From assembly GCA_965197585.1 (NCBI GenBank), contig OZ240215.1, positions 1,056,001 through 1,120,000 of the forward strand: a stretch of 64,000 nucleotides of DNA, written 5' to 3'. This document shows positions 18,910 through 27,831 of this stretch, one piece after another (position 1 is the stretch's first letter; every line of letters begins with the position of its first letter). Under the pieces are notes generated by a model that had not been told where the DNA came from, did no database searches, and was given only the letters and a program-made list of their open reading frames with translations. This DNA comes from Dehalococcoidia bacterium (lineage in GTDB: Bacteria > Chloroflexota > Dehalococcoidia > Plut-88900). The position numbers were made by a program, and so were the translations under genes.

Positions 18910-19178
18910 GACGCTGTAGTTTTCTCAGAAGACTTGATCCTTGTCGTACACAGAATGGCGGGCTTGCGAGCATGGCTCAGATAAAGGGTGCGTGTTTCAG
19001 TTCCGATGATAATACAGGCCTTCAAAGGGGCGCAATGTGTCGGGACGCCCCCCGGCTTTCGAATCATCGCCTTGCCCTTGATTCCTATACACACGACTGA
19101 CAATGTCATTCATATACGCTAATTCAGTACAATGCCCATAAATGCATTAGTTCAAACATGGCATAGGCATATGACTCT

Positions 19179-22100
19179 TTGACTCCTTCATACAATCCCC
19201 GAATCGGAGCAGCGCTGGCCGTTCTCGTCATTGCGGCGAGTGTTTTCCTGGGATGGCCGGGATTACCCCTGCCCGCATGGGCGAATGGGGATGACTGGGG
19301 GATGGTCAAAATAAGTGAGGTCACCAAGACCGAGGCCAAGGTCACGATCACCTTCGTCGACGAAACCGCAACCGGTCTTGTTCATTGGCGATACCGCAAC
19401 ACCATGCCCGAGGGACAATGGCTCGGACTTGACGGGGTCTCGGTCATCGGCGGTATCTCCGTATTCGATATTGCTATGCTGAGCCCCGGGACCGATTATG
19501 AGTTACAAGTGTCTCTCGACGGGGATTTTTTGCAGACTGACATCCTATCTAAGAATTTCACAACCCTACCCCCCGACCCATCCGTTTCTGAAGTGATTGT
19601 TGAGAACGTCACCCTGACGGAGGCGACCGTCGTTATAACCATTGCCAACCCAGGTACTTCTTCCAAGACGGTACACATCCAATACCGCACCGACGACACC
19701 CAGCCCTGGAGCGATCCGCCAATCACCATAACCACCTCTACCGATACAGCAACGAAAACGCTGCTCAGCCTAAATCCCGGTACCCGCTACGAAGTGGAGG
19801 CCTCCCTGGGAGTCGGTTTCCTGTCCACCGAGACTGAATCCACGACTTTCACCACCCTCCTCCCAAGGGTCTCGGGTGTGAGCCTAGAAAATGTCACCAC
19901 TTCCAAAGCTACAGTCACGGTAACCATCGCCGAACCGGGGCCCGGTGAAAACAAGGTCTACTTGCGTTACAGCATCGTGCCTTCAACACAGATCTCTTGG
20001 ATTATCCCTTCTCCGAAGTCGGTGGTCGGAGATACAACAACCTTCGCGCTGACAGGTCTGGCCCCGTACTCCGAATACGAAGTGCAGGTGTCTCTGGATG
20101 GCTCATTCACCTCAGAGGTCGAGTCCGCCACCTTTACAACGGCAGCTCCCCCGAGCATCGGTTCGGTGAACATGGCAGATGTCGAGCAGAATTCAGCCAG
20201 TGCTATTGTGAGCATCTTCGACTCGGATGGGACCGCCGTAACCGTCCACCTGCGCTACCGCGAGACACCCTCTGGAGCTTGGATTGCGATCCAACACGAG
20301 ATAACTACGACTGAAGCTGCGGAATTCTCATTGTCGGGCCTGATGCCGGACACAGAATACGAGGTGGAAGTGTCGCTGGATAACGGCTTCTCTCTGGGTC
20401 GGTCCGCCACTTTTACTACCGAAGCAATGACGTCCAGGCCATCCTCACCAGTGGTTCGGGTCTCCGGGCTCTTCACAGAAGACATAACGCCTGGCTCGGT
20501 GACCGTGGTTGTATTGATCGCAGGCCCGGAAAACCGAGTAACGGTGAATTTGCGGTATGGGATCGAAGGCACGAATACGTGGAGCCGTACACTTCGCCGA
20601 ACCACCGCTACGGACACCGCTCCATTCGAGCTTGGAGGGCTGACGGCCGCCACGACTTACGATATAGAAGCGTCCCTATCCCCTGACTTTCCGGTCCACG
20701 AATCCGCGTACGATATCTTTACAACTGCCGCAATTAGTGTTTCGCGGCTCAGGCTGGTAGACATAACCGACACAGAGGCGACCGCGATTGCAGAGATTGA
20801 AGATCCCCAAGGCCAGACTACGGTCTTCGTGCGCTACATAGCCTTGGGAACGGGGGCTTGGAGCGAACCTCAAAGCCGAATTACTAGCTCCAATACGGTG
20901 CGTCTTTTCCTAGCGGGCCTCCTGCCGGATACTCAATACGAGGTGGAGGCCTCTTCAGAGGAGAGCTTCCCCGGTGATAACTCGGCACTCGAGACATTTA
21001 TCACCGAGCCCGCGCCCAGGGTCTCTGAGGCAAATGTGGAGGGCATCACCAATGTGTCCGCCACAATTGCAGTGGACATTGACAGCCCACAGGCTCAGAT
21101 GAAGGTATATCTGCGGTTCCGTGTCGAGGGTACAGGGACCTGGAGTACGACCAGAACCCGTACTACCTCCATACCCAGCGCTCGGTTTTCCTTAGCGGAC
21201 CTGAAGTCTGATACGGGATATGAAGTCGAGACGTCCCTTGACAAGGACTTCCCAGCAGACAGCACTGTATCTGTGGTCTTTTCTACGCAACCGAATCCCA
21301 AGGTCTCAGACGTGACAGTCGAGGACATAACGGAAAAGAGCGGGACTGCAATTGTGAAGATTAACGGGCCACAACCCCGGACAACGGTCTATCTGCGCCA
21401 CCAAGCCCATGGAGACTCGGCTTGGAGCGTGCCTCAAACCCGAACAACCTCTTTGGACACTGCGCGATTTACTTTGTCGGGTCTGATGCCGGACACCGAG
21501 TACGAAGTAGAGGTTTCACTGAATCACGACTTTGAGGAGCTTATTTCTGAGACCTTCCTTACGGCTGCAAAAAGGCCGAAGCCATCCTCCGTAACAGGAG
21601 GGCCTATTACGCAGACCACGGCCTCTATCATTGTGCATATAGACGACCCTCAAGGCAGTTTGACAATCCATCTGCGTATCCGAATTTGGGGCTCAAATAC
21701 TTGGAACAATCCTGAAACCCTCGTAACGTCGGCCTCCGCCGCTCCCTTCGACCTGAAACGCCTTACAGGAGGCACAACCTACGAAGTCGAGGTGTCCCTT
21801 GAATCAGCCTTCCCTCCTGCGGATACTGTTTCGGCCATCTTCACGACCACCCCTGCGACTAAGGTGTCGGGGGTGAATGTCGGAAGTGTTGCTGCAATAG
21901 AAGCCACCGTCACGGTCACAATTTCTCACTCTGAAGGGAATATCCGGACGGTCTATATGCGCTACCGCGGGCTGCCTGAGGGGGACTGGAGTGCAAGCCA
22001 AACGGAAACGGATGCGTCAACAGTGGATGCCCTGTTACCGGGCTTGATTCCCGATACTGAATACGAGGTACAGGCTTCGTTGTATGAGACTTTTCCGGCT

Positions 22101-22589
22101 ACCGACACCCAAGTACAGAGGTTCAATACTCTTTCCGCACAGCCCACGGAAATGCCAACCCCCGTGCCCGCAGCAACACCCACTCATACGCCTACCCCCG
22201 AACCCACATCAACACCCGAGCCCATATTTACCCCCGAACCAACCCCCACATCCACACCCAAGGCCGAGCCCACCATGACCCCCACTCCTCCACCCTCCCC
22301 AACACCCACGCCTCCACCGTCTCTCACCCCCACTCCCACGGCAACTCCCAGCCATACCTCCACCCCGACCAATACGCCCAAACCCGCCGAGACGCCTGCT
22401 CCCACGCCTACCACAATCCTAACTGCACCTGCACTATTTTCACCCACCTCTGCCCCTACCTCGACATCTCAGGCGGAGGAAGAAGAGACCGGGACAGACT
22501 TAGCCCTCGTGATCACCATAGTTACATTGGTCATTGCCTTTGCTATGGTGCTCGGCTTCTTCGTATACCGTCCGAGAACGGCGAGTTAG
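19179..22589 (+). CDS. Large surface protein: signal peptide, 10 fibronectin type III-like repeats, Pro/Thr linker, C-terminal TM anchor
   Basis: About 95-aa repeats of the form A-x-V-x-V-x-I...YLRY...W...GLxPxTxYEVEVSL...FTT; (PT)n stretch; hydrophobic C-terminus followed by RPR. Confidence 0.85.
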   Translation: MTPSYNPRIGAALAVLVIAASVFLGWPGLPLPAWANGDDWGMVKISEVTKTEAKVTITFVDETATGLVHWRYRNTMPEGQWLGLDGVSVIGGISVFDIAMLSPGTDYELQVSLDGDFLQTDILSKNFTTLPPDPSVSEVIVENVTLTEATVVITIANPGTSSKTVHIQYRTDDTQPWSDPPITITTSTDTATKTLLSLNPGTRYEVEASLGVGFLSTETESTTFTTLLPRVSGVSLENVTTSKATVTVTIAEPGPGENKVYLRYSIVPSTQISWIIPSPKSVVGDTTTFALTGLAPYSEYEVQVSLDGSFTSEVESATFTTAAPPSIGSVNMADVEQNSASAIVSIFDSDGTAVTVHLRYRETPSGAWIAIQHEITTTEAAEFSLSGLMPDTEYEVEVSLDNGFSLGRSATFTTEAMTSRPSSPVVRVSGLFTEDITPGSVTVVVLIAGPENRVTVNLRYGIEGTNTWSRTLRRTTATDTAPFELGGLTAATTYDIEASLSPDFPVHESAYDIFTTAAISVSRLRLVDITDTEATAIAEIEDPQGQTTVFVRYIALGTGAWSEPQSRITSSNTVRLFLAGLLPDTQYEVEASSEESFPGDNSALETFITEPAPRVSEANVEGITNVSATIAVDIDSPQAQMKVYLRFRVEGTGTWSTTRTRTTSIPSARFSLADLKSDTGYEVETSLDKDFPADSTVSVVFSTQPNPKVSDVTVEDITEKSGTAIVKINGPQPRTTVYLRHQAHGDSAWSVPQTRTTSLDTARFTLSGLMPDTEYEVEVSLNHDFEELISETFLTAAKRPKPSSVTGGPITQTTASIIVHIDDPQGSLTIHLRIRIWGSNTWNNPETLVTSASAAPFDLKRLTGGTTYEVEVSLESAFPPADTVSAIFTTTPATKVSGVNVGSVAAIEATVTVTISHSEGNIRTVYMRYRGLPEGDWSASQTETDASTVDALLPGLIPDTEYEVQASLYETFPATDTQVQRFNTLSAQPTEMPTPVPAATPTHTPTPEPTSTPEPIFTPEPTPTSTPKAEPTMTPTPPPSPTPTPPPSLTPTPTATPSHTSTPTNTPKPAETPAPTPTTILTAPALFSPTSAPTSTSQAEEEETGTDLALVITIVTLVIAFAMVLGFFVYRPRTAS

Positions 22590-22611
22590 GGGGAAGGCGT
22601 AGGCGTGAGTG

Positions 22612-22641
22612 TATAATGTGACCACAAGAGTTCTTGTGGTC
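22612..22641 (+). promoter_or_regulatory. -10 box plus inverted-repeat operator of the vapBC operon
   Basis: TATAAT at 22612-22617, then the perfect palindrome GACCACAAGA-GT-TCTTGTGGTC (22620-22641), then a GGAGG RBS. Confidence 0.65.
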
Positions 22642-22652
22642 GGGAGGCTGCA

Positions 22653-22928
22653 ATGCCGAGGATACAACTGATACTCTCCGACGAAGAGCGAGAGCTGTTC
22701 AAGGCTCAAGCACATCGAGAGGGCAAGCCCCTTGATGAATGGCTGAAGGCTGCCGCTCGCCAGCGTCTCGGGTGGGCACCCCCTGCAACCAGGCCTGGCA
22801 GAATTGAAGACCTTGACGCGTTCTTCCGTAAGTGCGATGAGATTCCAGGACCCGAACGTGAACCCGACTGGGAGGAGTACAAGAAGCTGATTAATGAGGT
22901 GCGTCCGTCAGTAGCGGACGCCTCGTGA
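22653..22928 (+). CDS. Putative VapB antitoxin (RHH/CopG-like)
   Basis: 91 aa with an RHH-like N-terminus; GTGA overlap with the PIN gene. Confidence 0.75.
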   Translation: MPRIQLILSDEERELFKAQAHREGKPLDEWLKAAARQRLGWAPPATRPGRIEDLDAFFRKCDEIPGPEREPDWEEYKKLINEVRPSVADAS

Positions 22929-23308
22929 TTTTCGTCGACACCAACGTCTTCATTTATGCTGTGGGAAGCAGTCATCCGTTGAAGAGTCCAGCGGAGGAGT
23001 TTTTCCGTAGCGCTCGGGACAGCGGCACGTCCCTAGTTACCTCTGTGGAAGTACTCCAAGAGTTGCTCCACGTCTATCGACGCACTGGTAGACTTCAACA
23101 ATTGGATGATGCGATGTCACTGGTCACAAGTGACATCGCACAAGTGTGGCCTTTGGAGTGGGCGGATGTGGACAAGGCCCGACAACTCCACGATAGCTAT
23201 CCTGGACTGGCGACTCGAGACCTCTGCCACCTGGCAAGTTGTAGGAATCGGGGCGTTGAGACGATTATGACCTTCGACCAGCCTCTGCTTTCGGCGGCTA
23301 GCGCCTGA
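22925..23308 (+). CDS. vapC: VapC PIN-domain toxin
   Basis: IFVDTNVFIY, EVLQE, RDLCHLA and TFD acidic PIN residues. Confidence 0.9.
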   Translation: MIFVDTNVFIYAVGSSHPLKSPAEEFFRSARDSGTSLVTSVEVLQELLHVYRRTGRLQQLDDAMSLVTSDIAQVWPLEWADVDKARQLHDSYPGLATRDLCHLASCRNRGVETIMTFDQPLLSAASA

Positions 23309-23370
23309 TTATGCTAATCTGCGTCCAATAGCGCCACCTTGTTCTCCAACGTTCAATAAGGCTAACGCGA

Positions 23371-24486
23371 ATGGACGACGTCGAGACCCTCACCCGTAAG
23401 CTGATCGCAAACGATTCCCAGAGCCACGTTAGCAACGCACCCCTGGCCGAGTTCGTCTCCGATATCCTCACACCCTTCGCCGACGAGATTGAGCGAATCG
23501 AGTACACAGACCCCGGTGGCCGTCATAAGGTCTCGGTTGTAGCGCGGGTAGGCAAGGGGAGCGGAGGCTTGGCCCTCTCCGGGCACATGGACACGGTGCC
23601 AGGTCTGGGCTGGGATGCCGATCCCTTCGAGGCGAGAGTTGAAGACGGGAAAATGTACGGGCTGGGGGCGGTGGACATGAAGGGTGCCATTGCCGGAACA
23701 CTGGTTGCCGCCGAGACATACGCCAGACTTGGGACTCAGGCGCCGTTGACCCTCATCTACACTACCGACGAGGAAACCGACACTCAAGGCGCTCGCAGCA
23801 TAGTCGATGAATCGGAAATCCTACGGTATGTCGCGCCTCGGTACTGCATAGTCGCCGAGCCCACAAATCTGCAAGTGGTCAACGCACACAAGGCGGCTAT
23901 CACATTCAGCGCGACGGCTCGGGGCAGGGCGGCCCACAGCTCCAGTGGTAAGGGACTGAATGCCAACATAGCCATGATCCCATTCATCCACGAGATGGGC
24001 CAACTCTACGCCGAATTGGTGGAAAACGAGGCTTACTGGGACCCGAGCTTCGAGCCGCCTTTCCCAGACTGGAACATCACCATCGACAATCATGGAACGG
24101 TGGCCAACGTAACCGTTCCGCTCAGCATCTGCCGGGTGAATTTCCGTTATACACCCACCCTGGACCCGGGCCCCGTGCTGGCTCGAGTGCAGGAGTCGGC
24201 GGATAGGGCGGGGCTGGAGTTGGAATCGTGGAGCAGCGGACCGCCCCTCTACATTGCGCCCGACTCTGAATTGGTCCAGCTGGCACTGGAAATTACCGGC
24301 GAGCAGGCGCCAATCTCGGTCCCGTATCGCACCGACGCATGCATCCTTAGCGAGGCTGTTCCGTGCATAGTGGTCGGGCCGGGAGACCTGCGGCAGGCCC
24401 ACACCATTAACGAATGGGTTAGCGTTGAGCAGCTTCACCAGAGCGTCGACCTATACTTGAAGTTCATACAGGCCGTCTGCAGTTAG
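23371..24486 (+). CDS. M20 family peptidase, acetylornithine deacetylase (ArgE)-like
   Basis: SGHMDTVP, GAVDMKG, DEE, AEPT and AHTINE motifs. Confidence 0.88.
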   Translation: MDDVETLTRKLIANDSQSHVSNAPLAEFVSDILTPFADEIERIEYTDPGGRHKVSVVARVGKGSGGLALSGHMDTVPGLGWDADPFEARVEDGKMYGLGAVDMKGAIAGTLVAAETYARLGTQAPLTLIYTTDEETDTQGARSIVDESEILRYVAPRYCIVAEPTNLQVVNAHKAAITFSATARGRAAHSSSGKGLNANIAMIPFIHEMGQLYAELVENEAYWDPSFEPPFPDWNITIDNHGTVANVTVPLSICRVNFRYTPTLDPGPVLARVQESADRAGLELESWSSGPPLYIAPDSELVQLALEITGEQAPISVPYRTDACILSEAVPCIVVGPGDLRQAHTINEWVSVEQLHQSVDLYLKFIQAVCS

Positions 24487-24515
24487 TCCAGGCCCGAGCC
24501 TTAAGGAGGCCCACA

Positions 24516-25619
24516 GTGTGCGCTATGCGATACCCGACCTGGGAAGAGTTTATGGGGGATTGGGAGGAGTTCATCAAGGGTAGCTTCGGGGACAGGCCTA
24601 TGTTCCCCACCCTCGCCCCCGAGACTCCAACCTTCATGGGATTGCCCGAGGCCAAGACGCCGGAAGACTTGAAGGGCGTTGACGCGGCGATAATCGGCGC
24701 GCCCTACGTGGCCACAACCCACGATACCTACGCGGGTGTGGACCGAAACGAGTGGCTTTCGGCGCCGAAGAGGGTCAGGCAGCAGTCGGCGCGATACCAG
24801 TCGGGGTACATCCAGGAGTTCCGGATGGACGTGTTTGATCACCTGAAGGTCGTTGACTACGGTGACGCTCCCATACCCGCCGAGGTTATGAGAGACCAGT
24901 CCCCCGAGAACATACTAAAGGCCCAGGCGGCCGTAGAGATGAAGGTGGGACAGGTGTTGGATGCAGGGGCCATTCCGGTGGTTATCGGGCAGAATTCTCC
25001 GTGCGGGTCCTATGCCATTGCCAAGCCGATAGCCGAACGTACCGACGGCTCCGTGGGATGCGTCAGCCTCGACACGCACTGGGACATCCAACCGATAGAC
25101 TTTCTGTCCCAGGACCCGAGAATCGCCGGCTCTGCAAGCTGGAAGCACAAGATGTACGAGTTCCACGAAAACATGCATCCCCAGCATCTGGTCGAGATTG
25201 GGGAGCGGGGGATGCTGGAGAGAAAGGATCTCGTCGAATCATATACCGACCGTGGGGCTCGGTTCATCTCCTCTTGGGAGGTGCGCGACGAGCTCGGCAT
25301 GAAGGGCGTGGCCCACGAGCTGGACCGGGCTTACAACGGCACGAAAGCCGTTTACGTACACTTCGACATGGACGTGATGGGCGGCGCGGGGCCCGCGCCC
25401 GGGGACATCCTCGGAGAGGCGGTGGAGCCCATAGGCCTATCCGACTTCGAGATCATCAAGATAGCCCATGAGGTGGGGAAGCGGGGGGTGTCGGGATTTT
25501 CCTTCATCTGCATCCCGCCCGGGTCCGCAGTGGTCTATCGGGTGATCGTCTACGTCATCATGTACATGCTCGCCGGGGTGGCGATGGCCAAGAGAGACGG
25601 GACTTACTTACTGAAGTAA
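24516..25619 (+). CDS. Ureohydrolase (arginase/agmatinase) family protein, divergent metal site
   Basis: TFMGLP, VVDYGD, DTHWD, EIGER and HFDMD motifs; GQNSP replaces GGDHS. Confidence 0.85.
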   Translation: MCAMRYPTWEEFMGDWEEFIKGSFGDRPMFPTLAPETPTFMGLPEAKTPEDLKGVDAAIIGAPYVATTHDTYAGVDRNEWLSAPKRVRQQSARYQSGYIQEFRMDVFDHLKVVDYGDAPIPAEVMRDQSPENILKAQAAVEMKVGQVLDAGAIPVVIGQNSPCGSYAIAKPIAERTDGSVGCVSLDTHWDIQPIDFLSQDPRIAGSASWKHKMYEFHENMHPQHLVEIGERGMLERKDLVESYTDRGARFISSWEVRDELGMKGVAHELDRAYNGTKAVYVHFDMDVMGGAGPAPGDILGEAVEPIGLSDFEIIKIAHEVGKRGVSGFSFICIPPGSAVVYRVIVYVIMYMLAGVAMAKRDGTYLLK

Positions 25620-25645
25620 GATATGGAAATGCCGCGCCCGGCCTC

Positions 25646-26461
25646 TCACCGACCCGGCGGCCGCTGATCGGCTGGCAGTTCGCTTCCGCCGGTCCCGTGG
25701 GTGAAATCTTCACCCCATTCGTAGGGCAGGTCGGTGATCCGGCCCGGCTCATCGAGCGTGTTCAGAGTGCCGAGAGCGTCCTTGATGATGTTCATCTGGA
25801 GCTCTCTGTCGAACGGCTTGCCACATTGATGTCCCAAGGGGAAGTTGACGAACACCGGCCGGGGTGGCTTCACCTGAGCCATCATATCCCTGACCGAGCC
25901 TACGTACACGGTGCTAACGCCTACCTCTTCAACTACCCTCGCTAGCAGTCCAACGGACTGGTGGTCCAGCGGTCAGGCAGGTACACAGAAGAGGACGTCA
26001 ACCTTGGCCTCCTTGAGTTTTCTGGCGATCTCGGCCGCCAACTGTGTCTGGAGAGCTGTACGCTTGTACATTCTCCCCATTCCGAGTCCGTAGTTGATTT
26101 CGGCCAGTTCCCCTATATAGCCCTCCTGCTCCAACTCCCGGAATCTGTCTAAAGGCAAGATGACGTTGGGGTCCCGGTCGGCGTCACGGTGGTCATAATA
26201 GTTGTAGTTGATTATCAGGTCTTCGGTCGGGGTGTCTTTGGGGATCTCCCGGTAGCTTAGCTCGCTTCTGGCCAAGGGGTCGAAAGGCTCCTGGTCCCTG
26301 CGGGACATCCCGGAGGAGCAGAGCAGCGCCACCTTCGCCTGGTCGAGCGGCTTCTCGAACGGGCTCCAGGTCGTGGTGCGGAACACTGACCACTTGTAGG
26401 GTGGAAACCCGTGGCCTTGATAATAGGCGTTGAGGTTGGCTACGTAGTCTATGGGCTTCAT
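25646..26461 (-). CDS. Selenoprotein of the glycine/sarcosine/betaine/D-proline reductase B (GrdB/PrdB) family, 271 aa with Sec at UGA 25973-25975
   Basis: ORFs 25973..26575 and 25646..25909 are in frame across one TGA: ...DVLFCVPA-U-PLDHQSVGLLARVVEEVGVSTV...PPR...FPLG. Also DRDPNVILPLDR. AGGAGG RBS before ATG 26461. Confidence 0.85.
25940..25972 (-). promoter_or_regulatory. Putative bacterial SECIS hairpin
   Basis: After the UGA: CGCUGG/CUAGCG lower stem, CAGUCC/GGACUG perfect upper stem, GUU loop starting with G 19 nt after the UGA. Confidence 0.7.
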
Positions 26462-26754
26462 CCATGACCTCCTTGTTATAGGGGCAATCCCCGCTCCGGC
26501 CTTTGCAGCCGTTTCAGCTTCTCTGGGGCCACCTCGACTGCTCCGGGGCTCCGTCAGCCTCACATTGACGACCATTTGCCGCCCGAGGCATCCCGGAACC
26601 GTTTGAGGGTCTACTCACTGAGGTTGTCGGGTCGATGTTAGCGACGAGTGTATCATTCGGAGTACCCTGCTTCAAACAATCCGGACACGGGCAACGTCCA
26701 TCTTCAACTACAGACGTAGCGCCTACTGTTCCGTCTAGCTCACCCCACCAGGGA

Positions 26755-26846
26755 CTAGACTGTCATGTCGTAGCTGCGGCGCACCTTGTCGGGCAAGGCT
26801 CCAGAGCATTCCTGGCCCTCGAACGTGATGGTCTCGTTCACGATGG
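26755..26846 (-). pseudogene. 3'-terminal remnant of an N-acyl-D-amino-acid deacylase paralog
   Basis: Translates IVNETITFEGQECSGALPDKVRRSYDMTV*, which aligns with the C-terminus of 2366..4054 (LVNGAVTFEGNDCTGALPGKLLRSCDMVS*). Confidence 0.75.
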
Positions 26847-26901
26847 CTAAGAAACACGGGACTTACTTACTGAAGTAGGGCGTCCTGGCAGAGCAAAAGA
26901 T

Positions 26902-26930
26902 TCGGGCGGTTGGCTTAGCCAACCGCCCGA
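26902..26930 (-). terminator. Intrinsic terminator downstream of ssrA
   Basis: Perfect 13-bp stem TCGGGCGGTTGGC/GCCAACCGCCCGA, followed on the minus strand by ATCTTTT. Confidence 0.8.
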
Positions 26931-26943
26931 GTGTCTTCTTACT

Positions 26944-27296
26944 TGGTGGAGACGGGGGAGGGTCGAACTCCCCGTCCAGAAGGTGGCCCCAGAGCGTCTA
27001 CAGGCTTAGACGGCACTTAAATTTCGCCCGCCGTATCGCAGCCGACGACGACAACGGAAGGCTAGCTGAATAGTCTTAACCTGTCCCTCACAGCATTAGG
27101 GCAGGAGCACCTCGATTTGCGTCGCCCTGAGACGGCCTTCGAGGAGAGGCCGAACAGGACGGGTTACCTAGTGTCTAGGCAGCCAGTGCGTACTGACGTT
27201 TGCCAGTTATGTTTTTGCCGCTGGTTTTACGAGTCCCACGGCGCCTCGGCCTGCAACCCTGGGTTACCGTGACTCCTGTCGAGCCCACGCGTCCCC
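26944..27296 (-). ncRNA. ssrA: tmRNA; tag peptide (A)GKRQYALAA*
   Basis: 5' GGGGACG pairs with 3' CGTCTCC-ACCA including G3:U; T-loop GTTCGA; ATAACT-GGC resume context; directly downstream of smpB. Confidence 0.95.
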
Positions 27297-27355
27297 AAGC
27301 TGTAGGACTTTATTTTAACATAACGTCTTGCTTGGGGCTCGGGACCCGAAGAGCG

Positions 27356-27817
27356 TCAGCTCCGTCTTATGCCGATTTCTTTGAGGACCGCCCGCTGCAT
27401 CTGCCTATCGGCCTCCCGACGTGCGATGGCCGCTCGCTTGTCATAAAGTTTGCGGCCGCGTGCCACCCCGATCTCTATCTTCGCCTTATGGTTCTTGATG
27501 TAGAGCCTGAGCGGAACCAGGGTTAATCCCTTTTCCTGCACCTTGGATGAGAGGTAGTCGATCTGGCCGCGGTGCATAAGCACCTTTCTAGGGCGCATGG
27601 GCTCGTGGTTCGAACGATTGCCGTTGGAGTAAGGCGAAATGTGGGCGCCGTGGAGCCAAAGCTCGTCGTCTTCGGGGCGTGCGAATGCATCCCGGATATT
27701 GACCTTGCCGTCCCGGATCGACTTGATCTCCGTTCCCGTAAGCACGAGTCCTCCTTCGAACGACTCCAGGATGTCGTACTCAAAACGGGCCTTGCGGTTG
27801 ACGCTGATGGTTTTCAT
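27356..27817 (-). CDS. smpB: SsrA-binding protein
   Basis: NRKARFEY, GLVLTGTEIKSIR, GLTLVP and GRKLYDKR motifs. Confidence 0.97.
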   Translation of the reverse strand: MKTISVNRKARFEYDILESFEGGLVLTGTEIKSIRDGKVNIRDAFARPEDDELWLHGAHISPYSNGNRSNHEPMRPRKVLMHRGQIDYLSSKVQEKGLTLVPLRLYIKNHKAKIEIGVARGRKLYDKRAAIARREADRQMQRAVLKEIGIRRS

Positions 27818-27831
27818 GAGAGGTACAAACG

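Larger units (their letters stand above)
25582..26877 (+). repeat. 37-bp direct repeat (25582-25618 and 26841-26877) duplicating the 3' end of the ureohydrolase gene
   Basis: CGATGGCCAAGAGAGACGGGACTTACTTACTGAAGTA versus CGATGGCTAAGAAACACGGGACTTACTTACTGAAGTA: 3 mismatches, last 22 nt identical. Confidence 0.85.

Noticed and set aside
22140-22470. C-rich repetitive DNA as a tandem repeat or CRISPR
   Set aside because: It encodes the Pro/Thr linker of the surface protein; there is no constant repeat with unique spacers and no cas gene in the window.
23371-26461. Arginine-ornithine-proline reductase (Stickland-like) pathway cluster
   Set aside because: The selenoprotein gene is convergent and appears inserted; no prdA, proline racemase or ornithine cyclodeaminase is present.
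26880-26960. Integrative element at the tmRNA 3' end
   Set aside because: No integrase and no duplicated ssrA 3' fragment in the window; the nearby repeat derives from the ureohydrolase gene.
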